DNA of 64,000 nt from Desulfosudaceae bacterium. Lineage in GTDB: Bacteria; Desulfobacterota; Desulfobacteria; Desulfobacterales; Desulfosudaceae. A model generated the notes under the pieces. That model made no database searches. It saw nothing but the letters and a program-made list of their open reading frames with translations, and was not told the DNA's origin. Shown here piece after piece: positions 41,361 through 51,358 of this stretch. The stretch covers positions 736,001-800,000 of the forward strand of contig CAXXDV010000001.1 in assembly GCA_963674745.2 (NCBI GenBank), read 5' to 3'. The position numbers were made by a program, and so were the translations under genes. Each line of letters opens with the position of its first letter. The stretch's first letter is position 1.

Positions 41361-42107
41361 TTACCGCCCGGAGACATGCAGGAACTTCGTGCGCTTGCAA
41401 ACCAACCGGACCACCATAAAAAAGGCCAGGTTCAGCGCCAGCAGATAAACCCAGACTTTAACGGAGGCAAACGAATATGCCGGGTGACCATGACTGACAA
41501 GCTGCAGAACGATAAAGGAAAAAATCGTCATGGCGGCTGTCTGGTACTCGCTTTTTAAAGCGGTTCTCCAGGAAAACGGGATCTCCGGCGGGCGCCGGTT
41601 ACGGAACACCGGCACAAAGACAGGGGTGACCTCCGCCCATTTGGTATATGTTTCTCCGAATTTGTTCAGCAGAAAATCTTCTTCGGCCAGGATAATCCGC
41701 TCATAATGCAACCAGAACCCCAGGGCGTAAATCACCACCAGCCACCATAATGAAAACATCATGACAATGCCCAGTGCGATCAGGAAATTACCCAGGTAAA
41801 GCGGGTTTCGCGTCAAAGAATATAGGCCGGTGGTATTAAGCGTATCCGCCACCTGCCCTTTCTGCCCGTTCCGTCCGGAAGTCCGCCTGGCTCTGCACCC
41901 GATGGCATAGGCCCGGAGGGCCAGGCCAATCAGGGAAACCGCAAAGCAAACCGCGTCCCAACCCCAACCGAAAAAATGAACATTCCCGGAATACAGGTGT
42001 TGATAAAAGGCAAACAATACCATGGGAATGCCAAGAACAGATGCATACATGCCTCTTTTCCGGAACAGGCGGTTACCCTGAACAACCATTTTGTCACGAA
42101 GCAACAT
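41361..42107 (-). CDS. LmtA-like lipid A 1-phosphate methyltransferase (ICMT/PEMT family)
   Basis: QGNRLFRKRG, TSGRN..QVADTLNTTGLYSLTRNPLYLGNF, YERIILAEEDFL..FG, FSWR. Confidence 0.72.
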   Translation of the reverse strand: MLLRDKMVVQGNRLFRKRGMYASVLGIPMVLFAFYQHLYSGNVHFFGWGWDAVCFAVSLIGLALRAYAIGCRARRTSGRNGQKGQVADTLNTTGLYSLTRNPLYLGNFLIALGIVMMFSLWWLVVIYALGFWLHYERIILAEEDFLLNKFGETYTKWAEVTPVFVPVFRNRRPPEIPFSWRTALKSEYQTAAMTIFSFIVLQLVSHGHPAYSFASVKVWVYLLALNLAFFMVVRLVCKRTKFLHVSGR

Positions 42108-42247
42108 GGAAAAATCCTTTCTAAACAAAGGAATACCTGGTATTTTGGAAGAGATTTTGGAAAAATCGTCTTAAAAACATATTCGGAAAAAATGCTCTCG
42201 CCAACCTGCTAATCCTTTAACATATACCAGACAAAAATTACCGGAAG

Positions 42248-42285
42248 CTTATGGCAACATTACCATTTGGCAATGTTGCCATAAG
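42248..42285. promoter_or_regulatory. 38-bp near-perfect palindrome containing CATTAC-N6-GCAAT box
   Basis: CTTATGGCAACATT-ACCATTTGGC-AATGTTGCCATAAG between divergent lmtA-like gene and response regulator. Confidence 0.75.
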
Positions 42286-42365
42286 AAGTTTGATTTTATC
42301 TTTAAAAAGCGCTACAAAAATATCAAATTATCTATTATAACATAAAGCCAAACAGATTCAACATC

Positions 42366-43043
42366 ATGCGATTATTACTGGTCGAAGATGATACCAAAAT
42401 AGCCGATTTTGTCTGCCAGGGCCTGAAGGAAGCCGGTTTCGCGGTTGATCACATGACCAATGGCGAAGACGGTCTGCACATGGCCCTGAACGAATCTTAT
42501 GACGCGGCGGTGATTGACCTGATGCTGCCCAAAGTGGACGGCCTGACCCTGATCGAAACCATGCGGGGCCGGGGCATCAATACACCGGTCCTGATACTAA
42601 GTGCCAGAAGAACCGTCGACGACCGCATCCGGGGACTGCAAACCGGGAGTGACGACTACCTGACCAAACCCTTTGCTTTTTCCGAACTGCTGGCACGGGT
42701 ACAGGCCCTGATCCGACGGGCAAGCGGCGTCGCCTCGCCGACCACATTAACGGTCAATGATCTGACCCTGAACATCCAGACCCGTCAGGTAAGACGAGGC
42801 AAACAACGCATCGACCTCCAGCCGCTTGAGTTTTCCCTGCTGGAGTACCTGATGCGAAATGCCGGGCAGGTGGTTTCCAAAACCATGATCATGGAGCATG
42901 TCTGGGACTATAACTTCAATCCACGGACCAATGTAGTAGAAGCCCGTATCTGTCATCTGCGTGAAAAAATCGACAGCGACTTTGAAAACAAACTCATTCA
43001 TACCATACGGGGCGTGGGTTATGTCCTTTCAGAAAATCCGTAA
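42366..43043 (+). CDS. OmpR-family response regulator (CusR/UzcR-like) #1
   Basis: LLVEDD, DLMLP, DDYLTKPF, HVWDYNFNPRTNVVE, IHTIRGVGY. Confidence 0.95.
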   Translation: MRLLLVEDDTKIADFVCQGLKEAGFAVDHMTNGEDGLHMALNESYDAAVIDLMLPKVDGLTLIETMRGRGINTPVLILSARRTVDDRIRGLQTGSDDYLTKPFAFSELLARVQALIRRASGVASPTTLTVNDLTLNIQTRQVRRGKQRIDLQPLEFSLLEYLMRNAGQVVSKTMIMEHVWDYNFNPRTNVVEARICHLREKIDSDFENKLIHTIRGVGYVLSENP

Positions 43044-44424
43044 CTTCAGCCATACCCTGTCTTTCCGCCTGACCCTCTGGTACACGGGGATATTCATGAT
43101 TTCAGCGTTGCTTCTGCTGTTTTTCTTTTATCATTACCTGGCATCACTGGTTCACAATCAACTGGATGAGCAGCTCGGGGAAGAAATTTTTGAGTTTCAA
43201 TCGATTCTCGAAAACGGAGGGCTGGCAGCGGTCAGACAATATCTGGTTATCGAGGTCGAATCCGAATCTGAAGATACGTTCTTCCGCCTGGTCTCCCTGG
43301 CTGACGGGCAGGAACTTGCCATGGAAAAAAATTTTTCTTTTTCGGACACCCGACCGCTGGCAGCGTTTGTCCAGGCATCGAAAAACGATACCAATAATAT
43401 ATTCGGGAACATAACCCTTCCGGGTTATCCCAACAAGCTGCGCATCGTTTCAGGACAAATCGGCCAGGGGCTTGCACTGCAAGTCGGATCTTCTTTTATC
43501 CATGATGAGAAGATACTGAATTTGTTCAAACGGATGACACTTATGGTCACCTTCCCGTTATTAATCCTCTCTGCCGTTGCCGGCTGGTTTCTGGCCCGGA
43601 ATGCTTTAAAAGACGTGGCGGAAGTTACGCTTACCGCCGAAAAAATTACCGGTGGCGACTATAATCAACGGGTCCGCCTGAAACAGAACGCCTGGGAAAT
43701 TCAGAAACTGGCCGACACCTTCAACATTATGCTGGATCGCATACAGGCACTGATAAAAGGGATGAAGGAAGTCACCGACAATATCGCCCATGACCTGAGA
43801 AGCCCGCTGACCAGAATTCGGGGCAAGGCGGAAAGAGCGATTGTCAGTAACAGCGACCTGCCACACTACCGGGACATGGCGGCCAGCACTATCGAGGAGT
43901 GTGACAACCTCATCGACATGATCAACACCATGCTGGATATTACCGAGGCCGAAGCCGGTGTGGAACGGATTGAGCTGGAAACCGTCGCCTTGAACGATCT
44001 CATCCGGGCGGCCTGCGAACTGTTCGATCCGATCGCCAGGGATAAGGATATACGATTGACGCCTGTCTTGCCGGAAAACCAGATATATATCCATGCCGAC
44101 AAACACAAACTCCAGCGCCTGGTAACCAACATGATTGAAAACGGGATCAAATATAACCGGCCCGGCGGCTCGGTAGTTATTACGGTAGCCCCAACGAACC
44201 AGTGGATCGAAATTCAGGTTGAAGACACCGGAATCGGCATCCCCGCTCAGGATTTGGAAAAAATATTCGACCGTTTCTACCGCTGTGATACGAGCCGATC
44301 CGAACCCGGCCTGGGTCTTGGACTCAGCCTGGCCCAAGCCATTGCCAAGACATCCGGTGGGGATATTACGGTCGAAAGCACAATTAATGAAGGCAGCCGA
44401 TTTACCGTCCGGTTACCGTTGTAG
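43021..44424 (+). CDS. HAMP sensor histidine kinase #1
   Basis: Two TMs, NIAHDLRSPLTRI, ENGIKY, DTGIGI, FDRFYR, GLGLGL. Confidence 0.95.
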   Translation: MSFQKIRNFSHTLSFRLTLWYTGIFMISALLLLFFFYHYLASLVHNQLDEQLGEEIFEFQSILENGGLAAVRQYLVIEVESESEDTFFRLVSLADGQELAMEKNFSFSDTRPLAAFVQASKNDTNNIFGNITLPGYPNKLRIVSGQIGQGLALQVGSSFIHDEKILNLFKRMTLMVTFPLLILSAVAGWFLARNALKDVAEVTLTAEKITGGDYNQRVRLKQNAWEIQKLADTFNIMLDRIQALIKGMKEVTDNIAHDLRSPLTRIRGKAERAIVSNSDLPHYRDMAASTIEECDNLIDMINTMLDITEAEAGVERIELETVALNDLIRAACELFDPIARDKDIRLTPVLPENQIYIHADKHKLQRLVTNMIENGIKYNRPGGSVVITVAPTNQWIEIQVEDTGIGIPAQDLEKIFDRFYRCDTSRSEPGLGLGLSLAQAIAKTSGGDITVESTINEGSRFTVRLPL

Positions 44425-44559
44425 CAAGGAAAGGGGCGCCGCTTCTCGGGACAAAATTTTTCTTGTTCTCAACAGCGATGGTAACGACGGCCTAGCACAA
44501 ACTGATTGTTTCCCATTTGCCCACCGATTCAATTTCCCTCATATCCGCTTTAGTTAAAG

Positions 44560-46086
44560 CTACTTAGCCTCATCCCGAAGGATAAGCGGCAAATACACGG
44601 TAAATATGCTGCCCTGGTTTATCGTGCTTGATACGGTCACCTCTCCTTTATGTAATTTCAGTATGGCATGGACCAGACTCAGCCCCAATCCGCTGCCCGG
44701 TCTGGAGCGACTCCGGTCGCAACGATAGAAGCGGTTAAATATATTCGGCAATTCCTCCTGGGCAAGCCCCATCCCCGTGTCTTTTATCCTTATGTTCACC
44801 TTTTTATTGGACGCCCACACATCAATATCAACATTTCCCCCGAAAGGTGTATATTTCAAAGCATTATCCAGCAGGTTGGAAATAACACGTTGAAGCATCT
44901 GACAGTTGCCGGACACATGGCATTCATCCTTGATGACGGTGTTTAATCGGATCTCTCGATTTTCAGCAACTGGTTTAAAAATTTCATCGGCCCTGCGGAC
45001 CAGATCACTGATATTGACATCTGAAAAATCAACTTCCAGCGCGTTTGCCTCGGCAGCGGCGATATAGAGCATGGTATTAATGATGGTCAGCATTGTATCG
45101 CATTCTTCAATGGTACTGGCCGCCAGGGAGGTAAAGTCGTCCATGGTGGAATCAGACGTCAGGGCAATTTCCGCGGTCCCCCGAATACGCGTTATGGGGC
45201 TTTTCAAGTCATGCGCGATGTCGTTGGACATATCGCGCATTTCGGTTATCAGGATTTGAATCCGATCCATCATGCGGTTGAATTCCCTGGCCAAAAGACC
45301 GAATTCATCCTTTCGTTCGGCCGCCGACAACCTGCGGTCAATCCCGCTGCGACCGATACGCAGAATATTTTCGATCATTGTATACAATGGGTTGAGAAAC
45401 CGGCGGTTAAGAAAATATCCCAGGATCACGATCAGAAGCAACATTTCGGCAACGGATGCCGCATAGATCCCCTGCCGGATTCGTTTTATTTTCTGATCCA
45501 GAACGGCCAGAGACATTTTTATATTGATGCTGCCCCGCCTATTCCCCAAATCAATCAGCGGCGTTGTTATGCTTAAGAACCGCTGACCGTCCGGAAAGTA
45601 AAAGTCAGGATGCTCCGGGTTCAGTCGGTTTAAGTCATCATCTTCTTCATCCTCTTCGTTCCCATCCTCAATATCCTTGTCAATAAAAACGACCGGTTGA
45701 TCATTTTTAAGGGAAGCGATCAGGCTGGCATGCTCTTCCGCCGAGGTTTCTTCAATGTTATCCGGTATATTACTGGCTACAATAGCGGATTGATCGCCCT
45801 GAACGAGAATGACATTGATTTCAATATCGTTTTTTTCTCTGATAGAAACAAGGCGGTCGATAAACGCCTGAGTGCCTTTGATATCCATTTCCAGAATGGT
45901 CGGGCTTATGCTTGATTCAAGCAGGTCGGAAAGGAGCAGCCCTTCGTGTTGAAGCTCAAATACAGTTAACGATTCAATCTGTCTCAAGTAAAAGACAGCG
46001 GTAATTATGGTGGCAAGCATTGTCAGACTGATGACAAGGAGGATGATTTGAAACCGGAGAGACCGGTAAAACGAAATTTTTTTCAT
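44560..46086 (-). CDS. HAMP sensor histidine kinase #2 with acidic periplasmic loop
   Basis: DIAHDLKSPITRI, DNALKY, DTGMG, GSGLGL; sensor loop DKDIEDGNEEDEEDDD. Confidence 0.95.
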   Translation of the reverse strand: MKKISFYRSLRFQIILLVISLTMLATIITAVFYLRQIESLTVFELQHEGLLLSDLLESSISPTILEMDIKGTQAFIDRLVSIREKNDIEINVILVQGDQSAIVASNIPDNIEETSAEEHASLIASLKNDQPVVFIDKDIEDGNEEDEEDDDLNRLNPEHPDFYFPDGQRFLSITTPLIDLGNRRGSINIKMSLAVLDQKIKRIRQGIYAASVAEMLLLIVILGYFLNRRFLNPLYTMIENILRIGRSGIDRRLSAAERKDEFGLLAREFNRMMDRIQILITEMRDMSNDIAHDLKSPITRIRGTAEIALTSDSTMDDFTSLAASTIEECDTMLTIINTMLYIAAAEANALEVDFSDVNISDLVRRADEIFKPVAENREIRLNTVIKDECHVSGNCQMLQRVISNLLDNALKYTPFGGNVDIDVWASNKKVNIRIKDTGMGLAQEELPNIFNRFYRCDRSRSRPGSGLGLSLVHAILKLHKGEVTVSSTINQGSIFTVYLPLILRDEAK

Positions 46087-46125
46087 GTTTTAAACGGAGC
46101 CTGGCAATCTAGCGCAAAAATACGT

Positions 46126-46818
46126 TTACTCTTTTACCACATAACCCACCCCCCGGAGGGTGTGAATTATTTTTTTATCAAACCCTCTGTCGATCTTGTC
46201 CCGAAGCTTGCATATTCTGGCTTCTACCACGTTTGTCCGGGGGTCGAAGTTATAATCCCAGACATGCTCTATGATCATGGTCTTCGAAACCACCCGTCCC
46301 TGGTTACGCAAAAGATATTCAAGCAGAGAAAACTCCAGGGGCTGAAGATCGATTGGCTGATTGTCCCGGGTTACTTTGCGGGACAGAAGGTCCATGTACA
46401 GGCCGGCGAATTCCAGATGCATGGGCTCGGTAACGTTGCTGGCCCGGCGGATCAACGCTTGAACACGGGCCAGCAGTTCGGAAAAAGCGAACGGCTTGGT
46501 CAGATAATCATCGCTCCCGGAATGAAGCCCTTTAACGCGATCGTCAACCGTATTTTTAGCGCTTAAAATAATAACCGGCGTGTTGACGCCTTTATTCCGC
46601 AGTTCTGCAATTATGGACAAACCGTCACGTTTCGGCAGCATAATGTCAATGATGGCTGCATCATAAGGCTCCACCAAGGCCATATGAAGCCCGTCCTCTC
46701 CGTCAGCCGCGTGATCAACCGCAAAGCCGGTTTCTCTCAACCCTTTGAGAACAAAAGAAGCGATTTTGGGGTCATCTTCTACTAGCAGCAGACGCATAGT
46801 TTCCTGAGCCTCTGTCAT
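46126..46818 (-). CDS. OmpR-family response regulator #2 (paralog of 42366-43043)
   Basis: Near-identical blocks: GSDDYLTKPFAFSELLARVQALIRRAS, IDLQPLEFSLLEYL. Confidence 0.95.
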   Translation of the reverse strand: MTEAQETMRLLLVEDDPKIASFVLKGLRETGFAVDHAADGEDGLHMALVEPYDAAIIDIMLPKRDGLSIIAELRNKGVNTPVIILSAKNTVDDRVKGLHSGSDDYLTKPFAFSELLARVQALIRRASNVTEPMHLEFAGLYMDLLSRKVTRDNQPIDLQPLEFSLLEYLLRNQGRVVSKTMIIEHVWDYNFDPRTNVVEARICKLRDKIDRGFDKKIIHTLRGVGYVVKE

Positions 46819-46914
46819 TTATCACCTGCGATACCAGCAAAGACATAACGCCCGGCAGGAAAACGCCGGGCACGATGCCATATGTATTAATCTTAGCGGA
46901 AACGAAAGAGAATA

Positions 46915-48348
46915 TCAATCAACCAGCTCGACAATTTCATCTCCGCCCACCATTTCCTCTTTTATCAGCCCGATACCGGGCGCGTAATACTTGTATTCCA
47001 GAATCGGATCAATCGAGTTCCAGTCCAATGTTTGCAGGCAGTTTTCATATACGGTTCCGTTTTCCAGTTCCACTTCGACATCAAGAGCGACGATCATGCC
47101 CATATCTTCCGCTTCCCCCTCGTAATATTCCTGGTAATAGGATTCGCCCGCTGAAGGGCTATTCCACATGGCGATACCCGGCAACGCTCCGTCAACGCCG
47201 GCTTCCCATGAACCGTCATCATTGGTTTCAACCAGTTCACCCTCATCATTATATTCATAATTAATGACTTCTTCGCCCATGTACCAGACGTTGCCATTGT
47301 CATCCTGGGCAAACCAGTCATTGGTATCTTCAATAAGAACATCACCATCCCCTTGATCAAGAGTCACCCGGTCGTGGAAAATAACGCACGCCACTCCGTT
47401 TACAACCCGGGTGGTTGCTAGGACTTCGGTGACGATAGTTTCTACCTCTTCCTCGCCTTCCATGCGGTAATTGAGGATAACACCCGGAGCCAGCGGCAGG
47501 TAGGTGTTGTCGATAATAGTGGGGTTACTGAAAACAGCCGCGTTAAAGTCCGGTGCACGGTCCTCTCCGGTAAGAAAGACGCCTTTTAATTCGGCGAATT
47601 CTTCACCATCCGTGGCCTCTTCTTTGACCAGACCGACCTCCGGGGCATAATATTTATATTCTTCAGAATCCTCTTCAAGCGGGTTCCACTCCAGGGTCTT
47701 CAGGCAGTTCGTGTATGTCGTGTCATCTTCCAGAACGACGGATCCGCCAAGCTCCTCTACCCGTGCCATGTCTTCAGCCTCGCCTTCGTAAAACTCCTGC
47801 TGATAGGAATTCCCCACCACAGGGTTAGCCTTAATCAGGATGCCGGCCACGGCATTGCTGCCAATTCCGGCCACATCCAGGCCTGATTCCCACGATCCTT
47901 CATTGTCGGTTGCGACCAGTTCACCGTCATCATCATACTCATAATTGACGACATCCTCACCCAGGTACCAGACATTTCCGTCGTCATCCTGGGCGAACCA
48001 GTCGTCCGTATCTTCGATCAGCAGTTCATCCAGATACACCCGGTCGAGAAACATCACACATTCCACTCCATCAACCATTCTGGTGGTATCAAGCACTTCG
48101 GTGACAATGGTTTCAAGGCCATCTTCGGTTTCCGACTGATAAATATGAACCGTGCCCGGATTCAACGGCAGATAAGTGTTGTCTATTCGGGTGGGATCAC
48201 TGAATAAAGCCGCACTGAAAGACGGATCAATCGAGTCTGATGAAGAATTGTTGCCGGCTTTCGAGCCTGATGATCCGCTATCACAGCCTGTTCCCAAGAT
48301 GATCGTCAAGAAAACAATCATTACCAAATAGAATTTTCCATGTTTCAT
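46915..48348 (-). CDS. Highly acidic lipoprotein made of two homologous domains
   Basis: Lipobox LGTGC; repeat IDNTYLPL.PG..LIEDT.DWFAQDD.GNVWY.GE..YEGEAEDM..KYYAP occurs twice. Confidence 0.85.
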   Translation of the reverse strand: MKHGKFYLVMIVFLTIILGTGCDSGSSGSKAGNNSSSDSIDPSFSAALFSDPTRIDNTYLPLNPGTVHIYQSETEDGLETIVTEVLDTTRMVDGVECVMFLDRVYLDELLIEDTDDWFAQDDDGNVWYLGEDVVNYEYDDDGELVATDNEGSWESGLDVAGIGSNAVAGILIKANPVVGNSYQQEFYEGEAEDMARVEELGGSVVLEDDTTYTNCLKTLEWNPLEEDSEEYKYYAPEVGLVKEEATDGEEFAELKGVFLTGEDRAPDFNAAVFSNPTIIDNTYLPLAPGVILNYRMEGEEEVETIVTEVLATTRVVNGVACVIFHDRVTLDQGDGDVLIEDTNDWFAQDDNGNVWYMGEEVINYEYNDEGELVETNDDGSWEAGVDGALPGIAMWNSPSAGESYYQEYYEGEAEDMGMIVALDVEVELENGTVYENCLQTLDWNSIDPILEYKYYAPGIGLIKEEMVGGDEIVELVD

Positions 48349-48462
48349 TTTTGCACCTTACTTTCTCTTTTTAGTTATTCGCGGCTGCTACCTTATAAAA
48401 AGGTATGCGATGATATCTAATTTTTTTTTACCACGAGAAAATGATGGGGAAGTTACCGCAAG

Positions 48463-48514
48463 ATTACAAAAAGGTCATTTTGGTTTCAGACCGTAAAGAT
48501 TATCAAATTGTAAT
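48463..48514. promoter_or_regulatory. Two ATTAC-N6-GTAAT-like boxes in divergent promoter region
   Basis: ATTACAAAAAGGTCAT (48463-48478) and ATTATCAAATTGTAAT (48499-48514). Confidence 0.6.
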
Positions 48515-48678
48515 GTCATCATAATATTCACGTCATTTTTCATTGTTACTATTCTACCCGTTACATGAATTTATGTTTATTGTCCGATAGTGGGCATCCA
48601 GGCATTTGAAGTCGTTCTTCCGGCATCGGCCGAAAGAAAAAGCCCTGGTACTCAAACTTATTTACAAGCAGGAGTTTA

Positions 48679-49647
48679 ATGATGAAAATCTTCAAACCTT
48701 TATTTCTGGTCGTGTCATTTATGCTTATCACCATTTTTTCAGTTCAGGCGGCATCAGGGGATCTGAAGTTTGCCGTTATATCCGATGCCCATGTTGAAAA
48801 GCTGGACACCGCCCTGGCCTTTATTTCCGCCCAGGAGGTAAATTTTATTATCCTGGCCGGTGATTATTATTATGACCAGCAGAACTATTATCCTTATTTT
48901 ATCAAATACGGTTTTGAAGTAGCCCCTCACCTGGCCGAAGATAACCAACCGATTTACTTTGTCATGGGCAATCATGATGAGGACCCGGTGGGTGAGCCCG
49001 GGTTTCAAAACCTGATAGCGCCTTATTATCCGACAAACGGCCCTTCAGGCGCGCCAACCGGGACAATCTTTTCTTTTGACCGGGGAAAATGTCACTTTGT
49101 TATTACCAACCAGTACTGGCAATATCCGGGAGGCGGTTATTCGCCGGCGCAACTGGACTGGATCGAAAAAGACCTGGCAAATTCTTCCATGCCCTTTAAA
49201 TTCGTTGTGGGTCATGAGCCGGCTTTCCCGCTGGAAAGGCATGTCGGCGATTCCCTGGACATCGATCCGGATATGCGCGATATGTTCTGGTCGGTATTAA
49301 TGGACAATAACGTTCAGGCATTTTTTTGCGGGCATACCCATAATTTAAGCCATATGCTGCATCAGGGGGTTTACCAGATCGACGCGGGTGAAATCGACGC
49401 CGGCCATGTCTGTGTAACCATCGTGGAAATGAACGATAATAAAGCGGTCATTAACTCCTTTGAAAACCCCACCAATGAGAACCTGGTTGTGACAACTGAT
49501 GATGGTGTCAACGCGGCGGATATCTTTCACCGGACACTGGTTCCGCAAAGCACCGACGATTCAACCCTTGAAACGGTCCTTTTCGAAGGCTCATCACCGA
49601 AGGGTGGCGGTTCTTGCTTTATCGATACACTGTGCTTTCCATTTTAA
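48679..49647 (+). CDS. Secreted calcineurin-like metallophosphoesterase #1 with GGSCFI C-terminal tag
   Basis: Signal peptide, SDAH, AGD, GNHD, VGH, GHTH; ends GGGSCFIDTLCFPF. Confidence 0.88.
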   Translation: MMKIFKPLFLVVSFMLITIFSVQAASGDLKFAVISDAHVEKLDTALAFISAQEVNFIILAGDYYYDQQNYYPYFIKYGFEVAPHLAEDNQPIYFVMGNHDEDPVGEPGFQNLIAPYYPTNGPSGAPTGTIFSFDRGKCHFVITNQYWQYPGGGYSPAQLDWIEKDLANSSMPFKFVVGHEPAFPLERHVGDSLDIDPDMRDMFWSVLMDNNVQAFFCGHTHNLSHMLHQGVYQIDAGEIDAGHVCVTIVEMNDNKAVINSFENPTNENLVVTTDDGVNAADIFHRTLVPQSTDDSTLETVLFEGSSPKGGGSCFIDTLCFPF

Positions 49648-49681
49648 TTCCACGCGTTCCTGATAATATTTACCACTGATT

Positions 49682-49708
49682 ATTACCTGCGGATCTTTCC
49701 GCAGGATA
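49682..49708 (+). terminator. Hairpin after phosphoesterase #1
   Basis: CCTGCGGA-TCTT-TCCGCAGG. Confidence 0.45.
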
Positions 49709-50027
49709 ATAGTGGCGGTTACAACCAACGCGGTTTCAGCATAAATGGATGTAACAGGTTGAGCTGCGCCGCATTACCGCGACTATTACCGGAGATATCC
49801 GTAAAGTATCCGAAACGGATTATCGGCCACAGGTGTTCTCCAGACCGCATTGATTCCAGCCTCCACCGAGGTGCGACGATTGTCCATAAACACTCGCGGA
49901 TATCATCCGGTTCAACATTTTTCTGCCTTTCCTTCAATTATAAAAAAGCACCCCCGGCGGCTCATCAGAACTCACCCGGTCATGAGTTGTGGTAGCCACA
50001 CATCACCCGGGGAAAAGGACTGATAAC

Positions 50028-50043
50028 ATTATCAAATGTTAAG
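50028..50043. promoter_or_regulatory. Degenerate regulator box in duplicated promoter
   Basis: ATTATCAAATGTTAAG followed by ~70 nt resembling 48515-48590. Confidence 0.55.
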
Positions 50044-50212
50044 GTTGCTATAATATCCACGTCATTTTTTAATTGTTACTATCTCTCCGGTTAAATGAAT
50101 TTCTGTTTATTGTCAGACAACAGGAATTCGGCCATTCGCAGCAGCGCTTCCGGCATTGGCCGGAAGGCGTTGCCTGTATTGTCAAACATCATTTACAGAC
50201 AGGAACGTTACA

Positions 50213-51175
50213 ATGAAAACCCTGAAACCATTATTTCTGATTGCGTCATTTATACTGATAACCGTTTTTTCCGCCCGGGCGACGCCAATGAACCTGAAAT
50301 TCGCGGTGATATCGGACGCACATGTTGTAACCCTGGATACCGCTCTGGAATTTATTTTGTCCCAGGATGTTGATTTTATTATCCTGGCCGGAGACTTTTA
50401 TAATGGACAGCAGGACTATTATCCGCATTTTACAAAATATGGTTTTTCAATAGATCCCCAGCTATCCGGGGATAGGCAGCCGATATACTTTGTCATGGGG
50501 AACCATGACGAAGCGCCGGAAGGTGAACCCGGTTTTCAGACCCTGATCGCGCCCTATTATCCGACAAACGGCCCGTCCGGTGCGCCGACGGGGACGATAT
50601 TTTCTTTCGACCGGGGAAAGTGTCACTTTGTCATTACCAATCAATACTGGCAATACCCGGAAGGTGGTTATACAAAGCAGCAACTGGACTGGATCGAACA
50701 AGACCTTTCCCGTTCTTCAATGCCGTTTAAATTCGTTGTAGGCCATGAACCGGCTTTTCCGCTTGAAAGACATATCGGCAATTCTCTGGATATAGATCCG
50801 GGCATGCGTGATAAGTTCTGGAAGCTATTATCGCATCATAATGTTCAGGCTTTTTTTTCCGGACATTCCCATAATTTAAGCCATATGATAAAAGACGATG
50901 TCTACCAGTTTGATGCCGGCCAAATCAGCGCGGACCATGTCTGTGTAACCATAGTAGAAGTGGATGATAAAAAAGCGGTTGTTAGCTCATTTGAAAATGC
51001 CGAAGATTACAGTCTGGTAGCGACGGCTGAAGAAGCGGGCATTGCAGCGGGTTTTTTTTACCGTACCCTCGTGCCACAAAATCCTGATAATGTCTCACTG
51101 AAAACGATTCTCTTTGAAGGCAACTCATCCAAAAACGGCGGTTTTTGTTTTATCGATACACTTTGCTTTCCATGA
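50213..51175 (+). CDS. Secreted metallophosphoesterase #2 (tandem paralog)
   Basis: Same five motifs; ends NGGFCFIDTLCFP. Confidence 0.88.
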   Translation: MKTLKPLFLIASFILITVFSARATPMNLKFAVISDAHVVTLDTALEFILSQDVDFIILAGDFYNGQQDYYPHFTKYGFSIDPQLSGDRQPIYFVMGNHDEAPEGEPGFQTLIAPYYPTNGPSGAPTGTIFSFDRGKCHFVITNQYWQYPEGGYTKQQLDWIEQDLSRSSMPFKFVVGHEPAFPLERHIGNSLDIDPGMRDKFWKLLSHHNVQAFFSGHSHNLSHMIKDDVYQFDAGQISADHVCVTIVEVDDKKAVVSSFENAEDYSLVATAEEAGIAAGFFYRTLVPQNPDNVSLKTILFEGNSSKNGGFCFIDTLCFP

Positions 51176-51358
51176 AGAAGGATTAAATCCCGTTTTACAA
51201 TAGATTTTGCTGCTGTTTTTTATCCCTTCTCATTCAAAACATACTCCCAAGAGCGCTCAGGACTCACGTAAAGGTCATATAATAATAGCCCGGTTGAAAA
51301 CAATTATTTTTTAGCTTATGATTTTTCTTAACCGTTGCTCGGATTGATTTAAAAATAA

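Noticed and set aside
49719..49995. 72-78 aa ORFs between the phosphoesterase paralogs
   Set aside because: No recognisable motif; may be a gene remnant but cannot be supported
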